NCBI GenBank assembly: GCA_024636785.1
Contig: JAGXGK010000015.1
Coordinates: 136,900-200,899 of the forward strand
Origin: Gammaproteobacteria bacterium
Lineage (GTDB): Bacteria > Pseudomonadota > Gammaproteobacteria > SZUA-229
DNA: 64,000 bases
Direction of reading: 5' to 3'
The notes under the pieces were generated by a model. It saw nothing but the letters and a program-made list of their open reading frames with translations. It did no database searches and was not told the DNA's origin. Shown here piece after piece: positions 29,812 to 39,008 of this stretch (position 1 is the first letter of the stretch; each line of letters begins with the position of its first letter). Both the position numbers and the translations under genes were made by a program.

Positions 29812-30228
29812 ATGAGTAATGAATGCATTTTTTGCAAGTTCAGGGATGAGAGAGTTCTAGGAGAATGTGAATATACAATAACTTTTCTGGATACTTACCC
29901 CGCGACTCCTGGACACACATTGATAGTTCCGAAGCGGCATTTTGCCTCTTTTTTTGAAGCTACAGAAGACGAGATGCTCGCTATTGGCAAGGCTATTCAG
30001 AAGGCTAAAGTTATTTTAGATAAAGAGTTCGCACCAGATGGTTACAATATCGGGATTAATGTTGGTGAGACTGCTGGGCAGAGTGTTCACCATTTGCACG
30101 TGCATGTTATGCCAAGATATAAAGGTGATGTTGAGGATCCGCGAGGTGGCGTGCGATGGATTTTATGGAACAAGGCTAACTACTGGAAAGACAAAAAAAT
30201 AGTTAATACAATATCAAATTCGTTCTGA
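29812..30228 (+). CDS. HIT family nucleotide hydrolase/transferase
   Basis: CIFC, PATPGHTLIVPKRH, GYNIGINVGETAGQSVHHLHVHVMPR. Confidence 0.93.
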   Translation: MSNECIFCKFRDERVLGECEYTITFLDTYPATPGHTLIVPKRHFASFFEATEDEMLAIGKAIQKAKVILDKEFAPDGYNIGINVGETAGQSVHHLHVHVMPRYKGDVEDPRGGVRWILWNKANYWKDKKIVNTISNSF

Positions 30229-30645
30229 AAGCTGATAATCTATATTAATAAACGCCCCGATCTCTGCCAGAAATTTAACCATTCTGGCACCGAAGCCTAC
30301 ATCCGGACAGGTTTCATCCTTATCAACCGATAAGGTTAGTACCACGCCAATTCTGGGCGACAGGTTGTGGCTTTTACACACTTGCAGAATTCCTTCCTTG
30401 ACTGGTTCAAGTTGCTTAAGAATGATTTCAGTCAACTTATAAACATCGACCTCATCAGTGCCATTTTCCGTCGTGACAGTATCTGTCGATAATTCCCATG
30501 AGCTAATCGCGGGTTTATCCAGTCCGCTTCTGGTACCGGCACTATCGACTGAGGTGGGCTCTATGCCAAGCAAGCGAGTGATGTCATCGGGGTTAAAATG
30601 ATAACCAGCAAGTGTGAAGTGGACTCGTGCTTTATTAGATGCCAA
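30214..30645 (-). CDS. DUF4279-like protein
   Basis: FTL.G..FNPDDITRLLGIEPT, W.L, FLAEIGA.I.ID; TTG start with GGAGG RBS. Confidence 0.7.
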   Translation of the reverse strand: MASNKARVHFTLAGYHFNPDDITRLLGIEPTSVDSAGTRSGLDKPAISSWELSTDTVTTENGTDEVDVYKLTEIILKQLEPVKEGILQVCKSHNLSPRIGVVLTLSVDKDETCPDVGFGARMVKFLAEIGAFINIDYQLSERI

Positions 30646-30951
30646 AACTTTTTCCTCCAGGAATTTGTTTACATTAATGAACTGTAAATATAGTCTGTGA
30701 TTATAACGTATAGACTGAATAGACGCGGCTTTCTAATTGAAAATCACGTAAAACGCAGGACGAAGCCAAAGATGTCGATTCTCTTGTGATAATTATCGTT
30801 ATTAGAAATATGAATGCCAGGTTAAAAAAATTATAGAAGTCTTCTATTGCGATTCTGCTCCAAAAAGATGTAAAATTACGTAATATATCGTGATAGTTTT
30901 AAAGTGCAATTTCTTGTAGTGGCCATCACGATTTTTAGCAAGAGGTTACTC

Positions 30952-31116
30952 ATGAGCGGACACGCACCTGCAACCAGACCAAAAGTTCCTGAAGGTAAAT
31001 CACGCTTTTTGACAACACGTCAGAAAGAGGCAAATGAAAAGGGTTACGTAGGGTACGATACTATCTGGGAATCGTTCCAGAAAGAAGTCCCTTATACGAC
31101 TCCAAAAAAGCCATAA
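30952..31116 (+). CDS. small hydrophilic protein (54 aa)
   Basis: GAGG RBS before ATG 30952, own AT-rich upstream region, long hairpin downstream. Confidence 0.6.
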   Translation: MSGHAPATRPKVPEGKSRFLTTRQKEANEKGYVGYDTIWESFQKEVPYTTPKKP

Positions 31117-31364
31117 AATCCCAGTCGCACGCCCAAAAGCTTGTATGACCCATTAATCTGAACATTGGGCTACCGTACTAGCCTTTGGGCGTTCTTTATC
31201 GCCCTCTGTAAGTGCTTGTGCTTTTACCCATAAGGCAGAATACAGACGTTCTGAATCAAACTTTTCTGTGGCAGTTAAATAATGCTGCGAGTCATCCATG
31301 GCGTTCCCTTTCGCAGAATGTTGATACAGATAAGTTCGTTGGCATTGGAGGAATGTACACAGCT

Positions 31365-31545
31365 AAACGACGCCAAACAAAACTCTAAGATATTTTTTTG
31401 ACTTTTTCGCGTCCTTGGCGTTCTTCGCGGACTATCGTTAAGTTATTATTTTTATTCAAACTGCGTGGCTGCATAACGCCTTGCACCTATCACCAGACTA
31501 TTGCGTACGCCTTAATCAACCATGCCTTAACTCTGCGGTGAATGC
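31365..31545. repeat. degenerate CGCCAA/CGCGAA and CGCAGAG arm remnants
   Basis: TTTTTCGCGTCCTTGGCGTTCTTCGCGGAC (~31403-31432), CTCTGCGGTGAA (~31532-31543). Confidence 0.6.
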
Positions 31546-31553
31546 CTTAATCG

Positions 31554-32048
31554 CTATTGTGATTCCAGACTAAACAGCGCTTCATTTTCATTGAACACGG
31601 TCGAGCCCTGCGTCACGGATAATGATTTGATCACCCCGTTAACCGGTGCTTTTACATAAAAATAATCCAGCCAGGCCTGGTGCATTTCAAGCTCGCCCTG
31701 GGCTTTTATTAAGGCCTGCTCAGCCAGTTCCAGATCACGTTTGGCACGTTCCAGGGGTCGGCGGGCGATGACGGTGCGGTCGTACATGTCCAGTGTCTGT
31801 TCGTATTCAATTTTAGTGTCTTCCAGTGCAGCTTTGCGATAATTAACTTCTGCTGCCAGGGCTTTCAGTTCTGCCTGATAACGACGATCGTCAATTTTTA
31901 ATACCAACTCGCCAGCTTTCACCTGCTGGCCGGTTTTTACCTTTAGCTGAGTGACCTGGCCTGTTACCAGCGCACCTACTTTTACTTCATCGGCGTGGAG
32001 ATTAAATGCGAGCAGTGATGCCGCCATTAACAATGTGATTTTTTTCAT
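31554..32048 (-). CDS. short periplasmic adaptor (lipoyl-hairpin-lipoyl, MFP-like)
   Basis: Signal peptide, VTGQV.QLKVKTGQQVKAGELVLKID, coiled hairpin, VKAPVNGVI...QGSTV; ends after the lipoyl half. Confidence 0.8.
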   Translation of the reverse strand: MKKITLLMAASLLAFNLHADEVKVGALVTGQVTQLKVKTGQQVKAGELVLKIDDRRYQAELKALAAEVNYRKAALEDTKIEYEQTLDMYDRTVIARRPLERAKRDLELAEQALIKAQGELEMHQAWLDYFYVKAPVNGVIKSLSVTQGSTVFNENEALFSLESQ

Positions 32049-32054
32049 AATGTG

Positions 32055-33347
32055 TTACTCCGATGCCTGTTTTTGTTGTTCGGCCAGGTTTTGTATTCCG
32101 GTTAGCGCCTGCATTTTTGCCCATAGCAGGGCACGTTTTAAATTGAACTCGAGGACATCGTAATCCGTTTGGGTAATGCGCACCATGGCATTGCCCAGGT
32201 CGGTCTGTTGTTCATTTTCATAGATGGCGCGTTTGTAATCCAGGTTGTAATCCGCTGCGGTCTGGCTCGCTTCCACGGCCCGCTTCTCGACCGCCAGCAA
32301 CTCTAGCTGAAAGTACAGGTTCATTATTTTTTCACGAATCTGCTGTTCGATTTCGAAAACCCCGGCACGGGTTTCGAGGCGTTGTGCGCGTTCACGATCC
32401 ACTCGGGACTTGCTCAGGCCGCCATCGTATAAAGGAAAGTCGATCGAAACCTGAGCCTGCCAGTGGCCTTCACGTTCCTCCGGATAACTCGATAACTGAC
32501 CCACCCAGGCATCGGCACGGATTACCGGACGGGCACCGGCCTGGGCACTTTCTACGCGATACTGGCTGGCATCGTACGCCTGTTTTGCGGCCAGTATGTC
32601 CGGGTTATTATCGAGCGCTAGACGCAGATAATCTTCCAGCTCTAATAAAGCTTCAGGCGGACCGGTTAATTCCGGCAGTGTCAGGTCGGGAAGAATAGCA
32701 TCGGTGCGTCCCATCGCGTTTACCAGCAGCATCGGCAGTCGGCGTAAATCGGTGAGTGCCCGCTGGCGTTTTAGCAGCACTTTCTGATAGTTTTCTTCAT
32801 TCTCGTAGAGCTCGGTATCTGATGCCAGGCCGAGTTCATGGGCTTCACGAATTTTATCCAGAGTGACGTAAGCGATGGCCATGGCTTCGTTTTCAACGCG
32901 GTAACGCATTTCGGTGAGTAGAACATTAAAGTAGGCGCGCATCAGATCCAGGCGAAACTGTTGTTCAATCGATTCCAGTCGATACTCATTGGCTTTGGCA
33001 TCCAGCGTCCAGGCCTGTTCGCTGGCAGCCGTGCGCCCGAAGTCATACAGCGGCAGGCCCATGTGTAAAGCGGCGAGATTGTAATCCTGATCCTCGTTTC
33101 GAAACTCCCGTTTGCCCAGTCGTCCCTGCAAATCAAAATTCAGGCTGTCCTGCGCGGTGACTTCCATCTGTTGTGCCTGCGCCTGTAATATGCTCGCCTG
33201 CTGGCGTAAAAAAGATGGACTCATGTGAGCGGGCTGCTCAAGCACATACTCCAGGGTCAATGGTGTCGGCAAAGGTTCGGTTTCCTCTGCCTGAACGCTG
33301 AATACGCTCATCAGGCAGGTCAGGCTAACCAGAGTAAATCGTTTCAT
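32055..33347 (-). CDS. TolC family outer-membrane protein
   Basis: Signal peptide, LPLYDFG, AYFNVL, ALDNNPDI, FPLYDGG duplicated OEP repeats. Confidence 0.88.
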   Translation of the reverse strand: MKRFTLVSLTCLMSVFSVQAEETEPLPTPLTLEYVLEQPAHMSPSFLRQQASILQAQAQQMEVTAQDSLNFDLQGRLGKREFRNEDQDYNLAALHMGLPLYDFGRTAASEQAWTLDAKANEYRLESIEQQFRLDLMRAYFNVLLTEMRYRVENEAMAIAYVTLDKIREAHELGLASDTELYENEENYQKVLLKRQRALTDLRRLPMLLVNAMGRTDAILPDLTLPELTGPPEALLELEDYLRLALDNNPDILAAKQAYDASQYRVESAQAGARPVIRADAWVGQLSSYPEEREGHWQAQVSIDFPLYDGGLSKSRVDRERAQRLETRAGVFEIEQQIREKIMNLYFQLELLAVEKRAVEASQTAADYNLDYKRAIYENEQQTDLGNAMVRITQTDYDVLEFNLKRALLWAKMQALTGIQNLAEQQKQASE

Positions 33348-33368
33348 AGCGGAGGGTTCACTGTTCGG

Positions 33369-33878
33369 TTATTTGGACTGAGCGCGTTTGTAGCGGGTAA
33401 ACGGCATCTCTTTGTAACTGCCGCTGACGGCATATTCACCGAACATTATCAGCTCTTCCTTGCTTCTGGTCGGACCGGTAAAGCGCGCTACCGGCTTGCC
33501 TTCCAGGTCAAAGATGATCATTACCGGCGTGGCTCTGACCCGATATTTTTTTTCAGCCATCTCTTTGCCGGTGTCGTATTCGGTGCCGTCAAAATCAACC
33601 ACCGGGCTGCCACCTAGAATATCGAAAGTGTAATTATTGAAATGCTCACGAAAATAGGCGATGACTTCGGGTTCAAGCAGGATGGTTTCCTGCATACGCT
33701 GACAAAACGGGCAGTCATCCATTTCAAAGAATACAAATACCCCTTGCTTGTCGTCGTCACGCGCTAACACCAGCTCTTCTTCAAAGTTGCCAAAGCCAAG
33801 ATCAAACAATTCGGCCGACCAGGCCTGGCTCGATATGGCCGGCAGTAGCGTCATCAATAATAGTCTTATAAATTTCAT
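33369..33878 (-). CDS. SoxW-like periplasmic thioredoxin
   Basis: Signal peptide, FFEMDDCPFCQRM, YRVRATPVMIIFD. Confidence 0.8.
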   Translation of the reverse strand: MKFIRLLLMTLLPAISSQAWSAELFDLGFGNFEEELVLARDDDKQGVFVFFEMDDCPFCQRMQETILLEPEVIAYFREHFNNYTFDILGGSPVVDFDGTEYDTGKEMAEKKYRVRATPVMIIFDLEGKPVARFTGPTRSKEELIMFGEYAVSGSYKEMPFTRYKRAQSK

Positions 33879-33983
33879 CTAACACTCCCAAAATCAGGTC
33901 AGGTATTATTTTGAACTTCCAGAGTATGGCAACATCCAATCGTTCTTGTTCAAACTTTTAACGGTTTTCAATGGATTGAGGTT

Positions 33984-34025
33984 TTTATGATCAATTATTT
34001 ATGATCAATTATTTATGATCAATTA
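33984..34025. repeat. perfect 14-bp tandem repeat x3
   Basis: TTTATGATCAATTA at 33984, 33998, 34012. Confidence 0.95.
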
Positions 34026-34225
34026 AAGGGGCATTTTAGTTTAAAGCGGATGACAGCTGTAGGGTGTGGAGTGTGATTTGGCGGAAATTAAATCGATTCT
34101 TCTATCAGAATGAGCGCAGACTGCCTTTTATCTTTTACCTGAAGCAGTAGGCAGCGTAAAATCTGCGCCTCTTTTTCACATACTGTCCGTATCGCGAGTC
34201 CACATTGCAAATCGATTTTAAATTA

Positions 34226-37200
34226 ATGACTGCCCAGCTGCTGATAAAAAAATGTGGCTACGGGGCTTATGAACGCGGCCGTGATTATTTCATTCAGGGG
34301 CGCGCCGACATTGTCGAAACCCGTGATGACGGATTCGGTCGCCTCACGCTGATAAGCACCGCCCGCGGCAGCAGTCTCTATGGACAGGAAATCATCCTCA
34401 AACAGAGCCGTCAGAGTCTGGAGATCAGCGGATTTTGCGACTGCCCGATGGACTACAACTGCAAGCATGTCGTAGCCGCCTGCCTTGCCTGGAAAGCGGA
34501 AATGGAGTCGACCGGGAAAGTCTCCTCCGGCGATTTCGAGCAGTGGCTCGGCCATTTTACCGGTCAGGGTGAGAAGGTAGAGCTAATAGCAGAGGAGAAA
34601 CTGCTCTATCACCTCTCGCCTGCGCGGCGTCAGGGAAACGGTATAAGAGTGGCTTTCAGCATCGCCAAACGCAAGCGCAATGGTGAGTGGGGCAAAGGCC
34701 GTCAGGTTACCCTCTCGACGCTCACCAACCACTACAGCACACCACGCTATATGCAGCCGCTGGACGAGGATATTGTAGCGCTACTCAAGGTCACCAGACT
34801 CAATCTCTGGAGTGGCGACACCATCTTGAGCGGTGTCACCGGCCATACCGCGTTGATGCTGATGGTGGAGAGCGGCCGGGCTTTCTGGGGCGAGGAGCGC
34901 GCCACACCTTTGCAGCTCTCCGGCGAGCGCGAGGCGATACTGGTCTGGACGAAAAAGGGTGATCAGTATCAGTTGGGGCTTGAGCTGGCGGAAGACGGAC
35001 AGATGTTGCCGGTCAATCCGCCCTGTTATATCGACCCTGAACATTCTGCCGTGGGTGAACTGCAACTGCTGCCTGGCATCACTGCGGACAAAATCGCCCT
35101 GCTGGCGAAGGCGCCACCGGTCAGCGCGAGCGAGGCCCGGCGGATCAGCCATCAGCTGGCATTGCACCATCCCGAACTGCCGACACCGGAACCGGTGCAG
35201 GTGGATGAGCTGCATGAGCCGCCAGTTGCGCATCTGTCCCTGCATTTCAATCCCGAGCGGCCATTCGAAGCGGCCATGAGCCTGGCTTTTCGCTATGGTA
35301 AGAAGCAGATCAACCCGACCAACCCGGCGCCGGTGATCACCTGCGAGAAGGAAGATCGGCTGCTGCACATCCATCGCGACTTTGAAGCTGAAGCCGCTGC
35401 CCGCGCCACACTGCTCAATGAAACGGCGGTAATCGCGATGGAGCAGCCGGGGCAATTTATCCTGCACAGCAGCGCTACGCCCGGACGCCAGACGGCCCTG
35501 AATGACTGGTTCGATTTTCTCGATACCGCCGTGCCGCGCCTTGAGGCGCGGGGCTGGGTGGTCGAACCGGCGCCAGAAAGCCCGTTCATTCTGAGCCATG
35601 CCGAAGCGGTGGACGCCGAGGTGGATGCCTCGGAGAACGACTGGTTCGGCCTGCGTTTTGATCTGGAAGTGGAGGGCAAGAAGCTGCCGCTACTGCCGCT
35701 GGTGAGTGAGCTGCTGGCCGATTACCAAACCGGCGAGCTGCCTGAAATTCTCTATCTCGATGCCGGTGACGGTCGCTATATAACTGTGGCGGCAAGCCAG
35801 ATCGAACCGGTGTTGCAGACCATTGTTGATCTCTATGATCGCGGCGGGCAGGGCGGCGAGAGCCTGCGCCTGTCACGCCTCGACGCGCCGCGCCTGCTGG
35901 AGCTGGGCGAGACCCGTGTGCGCGGCGGCGCGACTCTGCAAGCACTGGCGCGGCGGCTGCGTAATTTCGAAGGCATCAAGCCAGCCAAGGTACCCACCAC
36001 CTTCAAGGGCACACTGCGCGGTTACCAGCAGCAGGGCCTCGACTGGTTACAGTTTCTACGCAAGTACCAGCTGGCGGGCATTCTCGCCGATGATATGGGG
36101 CTGGGCAAAACCGTGCAGGCGCTGGCGCATCTGGCCATCGAAAAGCGTGCAGGGCGGATGAAACACCCCAGCCTGATCGTTGCCCCCACAAGCCTGATGG
36201 GCAACTGGCGGCGCGAGGCGGCGCAGTTTACGCCGGGACTGAAGGTGCTGGTGCTGCACGGCCCCGAGCGCAGCGAACACTTCGCCACGCTGGACAACTA
36301 CGACATTATTCTCACCACCTATCCGCTACTGCCGCGTGACCACGAGGTGCTGCTGGCGAAGTCGTGGCACTATTTGATTCTCGACGAGGCGCAGCAGATC
36401 AAAAATCCCCGCTCCCAGGCCGCGCAACTGGTGCGTGAGTTGCAGGCCAAACACCGTCTCTGCCTCACTGGCACGCCCATGGAAAACCATCTGGGCGAGC
36501 TGTGGGCGCAGTTCGATTTTCTGCTGCCCGGTTTTCTCGGTGACCAGAAGAGCTTCGTTCGCCACTACCGCACCCCCATCGAAAAACAGGGCGACAACGA
36601 CAAGCTCAAACGCCTTACCCAGCGCACCGCCCCCTTCATGCTGCGTCGTACCAAGGAGGTTGTCGCCAGCGAACTGCCGCCGAAGAGTGAGCTGCTGCGC
36701 ACCGTCCCTATCGAGGGCAGGCAGGCCGCGTTATATGAAAGCATCCGCCTGAGCATGGAGAAAAAGGTGCGCGACGCCATCGCCCGGAAGGGGCTGGCGC
36801 GTAGCCACATCACCATCCTCGACGCCCTGCTGAAACTGCGTCAGGTCTGCTGTGATCCGCGCCTGCTGCCCGCGGGAACCGGCGGCGTAAAAACCGGCAA
36901 GCCCATTGCTTCGGCCAAGCTGGCGATGCTGATGGAGCTGCTGCCGGAGATGCTCGACGAGGGCCGACGCATCTTGTTGTTTTCCCAGTTCACCTCCATG
37001 CTGAGCCTGATCGAAGAGGCGCTGCAGGGCGAGAATATCGCCTACACCAAACTCACCGGCCAGACCCGCAAACGCGACGAAGCAATCGAAACCTTCCGTA
37101 GCGGCGAGGTGAACCTTTTTCTCATCAGCCTCAAGGCGGGCGGTGTCGGCCTCAACCTCACCGAAGCCGACACCGTCATCCACTACGACCCGTGGTGGAA

Positions 37201-37423
37201 CCCGGCAGTGGAAATGCAGGCCACCGACCGCGCCCACCGCATCGGCCAGCAGAAACCGGTGTTCGTCTACAAACTGATCACCGAAGGCACGGTGGAAGAG
37301 AAAATCCTCGCCATGCAGGCGAAAAAACAGCAACTGGCCAACAACGTCTACGGCAAAGGCAAAAAAGAGGGCGAGCTGCTAATCGACGCCAGCACCCTTA
37401 GTGACCTGCTGGCGGCTGATTAA
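34226..37423 (+). CDS. SWIM zinc-finger SNF2-family helicase
   Basis: CDCP...CKHVVA SWIM; LADDMGLGKT, LDEAQ.IKN, LTGTP.ENHL, SLKAGGVGLNL, QATDRAHRIGQ. Confidence 0.93.
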   Translation: MTAQLLIKKCGYGAYERGRDYFIQGRADIVETRDDGFGRLTLISTARGSSLYGQEIILKQSRQSLEISGFCDCPMDYNCKHVVAACLAWKAEMESTGKVSSGDFEQWLGHFTGQGEKVELIAEEKLLYHLSPARRQGNGIRVAFSIAKRKRNGEWGKGRQVTLSTLTNHYSTPRYMQPLDEDIVALLKVTRLNLWSGDTILSGVTGHTALMLMVESGRAFWGEERATPLQLSGEREAILVWTKKGDQYQLGLELAEDGQMLPVNPPCYIDPEHSAVGELQLLPGITADKIALLAKAPPVSASEARRISHQLALHHPELPTPEPVQVDELHEPPVAHLSLHFNPERPFEAAMSLAFRYGKKQINPTNPAPVITCEKEDRLLHIHRDFEAEAAARATLLNETAVIAMEQPGQFILHSSATPGRQTALNDWFDFLDTAVPRLEARGWVVEPAPESPFILSHAEAVDAEVDASENDWFGLRFDLEVEGKKLPLLPLVSELLADYQTGELPEILYLDAGDGRYITVAASQIEPVLQTIVDLYDRGGQGGESLRLSRLDAPRLLELGETRVRGGATLQALARRLRNFEGIKPAKVPTTFKGTLRGYQQQGLDWLQFLRKYQLAGILADDMGLGKTVQALAHLAIEKRAGRMKHPSLIVAPTSLMGNWRREAAQFTPGLKVLVLHGPERSEHFATLDNYDIILTTYPLLPRDHEVLLAKSWHYLILDEAQQIKNPRSQAAQLVRELQAKHRLCLTGTPMENHLGELWAQFDFLLPGFLGDQKSFVRHYRTPIEKQGDNDKLKRLTQRTAPFMLRRTKEVVASELPPKSELLRTVPIEGRQAALYESIRLSMEKKVRDAIARKGLARSHITILDALLKLRQVCCDPRLLPAGTGGVKTGKPIASAKLAMLMELLPEMLDEGRRILLFSQFTSMLSLIEEALQGENIAYTKLTGQTRKRDEAIETFRSGEVNLFLISLKAGGVGLNLTEADTVIHYDPWWNPAVEMQATDRAHRIGQQKPVFVYKLITEGTVEEKILAMQAKKQQLANNVYGKGKKEGELLIDASTLSDLLAAD

Positions 37424-37441
37424 GTGTGAATGATTTAAAGC

Positions 37442-37590
37442 TTTTACCGCAGAGGCCGCAGAGAAAAACAAATGCTTTAATCCGCAAAAAACGCCAAGGA
37501 CGCCAAAAAATCTTTTTCAATTATTATTTTTTCTTTTGCCTTTTTCGCGGATATAGCTTTCGCTTTTATCTGTGTGCATCTGCGGATACA
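37442..37590. repeat. mixed CGCAGAG / CGCCAA / CGCAGAT arm cluster
   Basis: TTTTACCGCAGAGGCCGCAGAG; TCCGCAAAAAACGCCAAGGACGCCAA ... TTTTTCGCGGA; ATCTGTGTGCATCTGCGGA. Confidence 0.65.
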
Positions 37591-37625
37591 GGTTTTCGTC
37601 TTTATCAACATCCACCCACGTTCAG

Positions 37626-38999
37626 CTAATCTTTTTTAGGTCCCACCCAAACCTGCTGCACATTCACAAATTCGAGAATGCCGTGTGGTCCCAGCTCGCG
37701 TCCGTAACCGGAGCGTTTAATGCCGCCACTGGGCAGGCGTGGATCTGTTTTTACCAGGCCGTTAATGGTCACCTGTCCCGCTTCGATATCGCGCGCCATC
37801 TTTTCGGCTTTCGCGACATCCGCGCTCCAGATGGATGAGGCCAGACCATAAGGTGTGTCATTGGCAATGGCCAGAGCGTGTTCGGCGGAATCCGCTTTTA
37901 TCACCACGGCGATGGGGCCAAAGGTCTCTTCGCAGGAGACCTGCATTTCCGGGGTGACGTCTACCAGCAGGGTTACCGGATAAAAGTAACCGGGGCCTTC
38001 GGGCATCTCTCCGCCCAGCAGGCAGCGTGCGCCCTGTTCGATGGTGGTGCTGACCTGACGGTGCAATGCATCGCGCAGGTCAGCGCGCGCAATGGGGCCA
38101 ACCTGGGTTGTTTCTTCGGCGGGATCACCCATTTTCAGGCCGGCCAGATGCTTGTGAAAACGCTCGATAAAGGCGTCATAAACCGGCGCTTCTACGATGA
38201 TGCGTTTGGCGGCGATGCAGGACTGACCGGCATTGATGATGCGCGATAGAGCCAGTGTTTGTGCCGCGCTGTCGAGATCGGCATCGGCCAGAACCAGGCT
38301 GGGGTCTGAGCCGCCCAGTTCCAGTACCGCAGGTTTAATCTGTCGCGCGGCCAGCGAAGCCACCTGACTTCCGGCGGCGCTGGAACCGGTTAAGGAAACG
38401 CCCTGTACGGCATCATGTTCCAGCACCAGTTTAGTCTGTTCATTTTCGATGCGAATATTCTGCATCAGCCCTGCCGGAGCACCGGCTTTTACAAACAGCT
38501 CCGCAATGGCTTCACCGCAGGCGGGTACATGTGAATCGTGTTTCATCAGGCAGGTATTGCCCGCCATTATCGCCGGGGCGCAAAATCGGAACGCCAGCCA
38601 GAAAGGGGCGTTCCAGGGCAGAATGCCCAGCACCGGTCCCAGCGGCAGATGCTGGACGTAGCTGTGGGTGGCATCGGAAGGCAGGGTTCTGGAGGCCAGA
38701 TATTCCGCGCCGTGTTCGGCATAGTGCTCGGCGCAGCTGGCGGATTTTTCGACTTCCCCGCGAGCCTCATTAATGGGCTTGCCCATCTCCTGCGTCATCA
38801 GTTGGGCAAGATGCTCTTTATCGCTGCGCATTAATTCTGCAACCTTTCTTAACAGCTCGGCGCGCTCGGAAAAATCGGTTTTTCGCCAGTGTGCATAGGC
38901 CTGTGCAGAAGTTTCGATGCACTGTTTAAGGCTATTATCGTCAAGTGTTTCGAAACGGTGTAACTCGCTACCCGTGGTGGGATTCGTTGCTATATACAT
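37626..38999 (-). CDS. doeC: NAD(P)-dependent aldehyde dehydrogenase (SSADH-like; DoeC role inferred)
   Basis: PWNAP, LTGS, LELGGSDP, NAGQSCIA, EETFGP, SGYGRELG; last gene of doe-like operon. Confidence 0.7.
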   Translation of the reverse strand: MYIATNPTTGSELHRFETLDDNSLKQCIETSAQAYAHWRKTDFSERAELLRKVAELMRSDKEHLAQLMTQEMGKPINEARGEVEKSASCAEHYAEHGAEYLASRTLPSDATHSYVQHLPLGPVLGILPWNAPFWLAFRFCAPAIMAGNTCLMKHDSHVPACGEAIAELFVKAGAPAGLMQNIRIENEQTKLVLEHDAVQGVSLTGSSAAGSQVASLAARQIKPAVLELGGSDPSLVLADADLDSAAQTLALSRIINAGQSCIAAKRIIVEAPVYDAFIERFHKHLAGLKMGDPAEETTQVGPIARADLRDALHRQVSTTIEQGARCLLGGEMPEGPGYFYPVTLLVDVTPEMQVSCEETFGPIAVVIKADSAEHALAIANDTPYGLASSIWSADVAKAEKMARDIEAGQVTINGLVKTDPRLPSGGIKRSGYGRELGPHGILEFVNVQQVWVGPKKD

Positions 39000-39008
39000 G
39001 GGGCCTCT

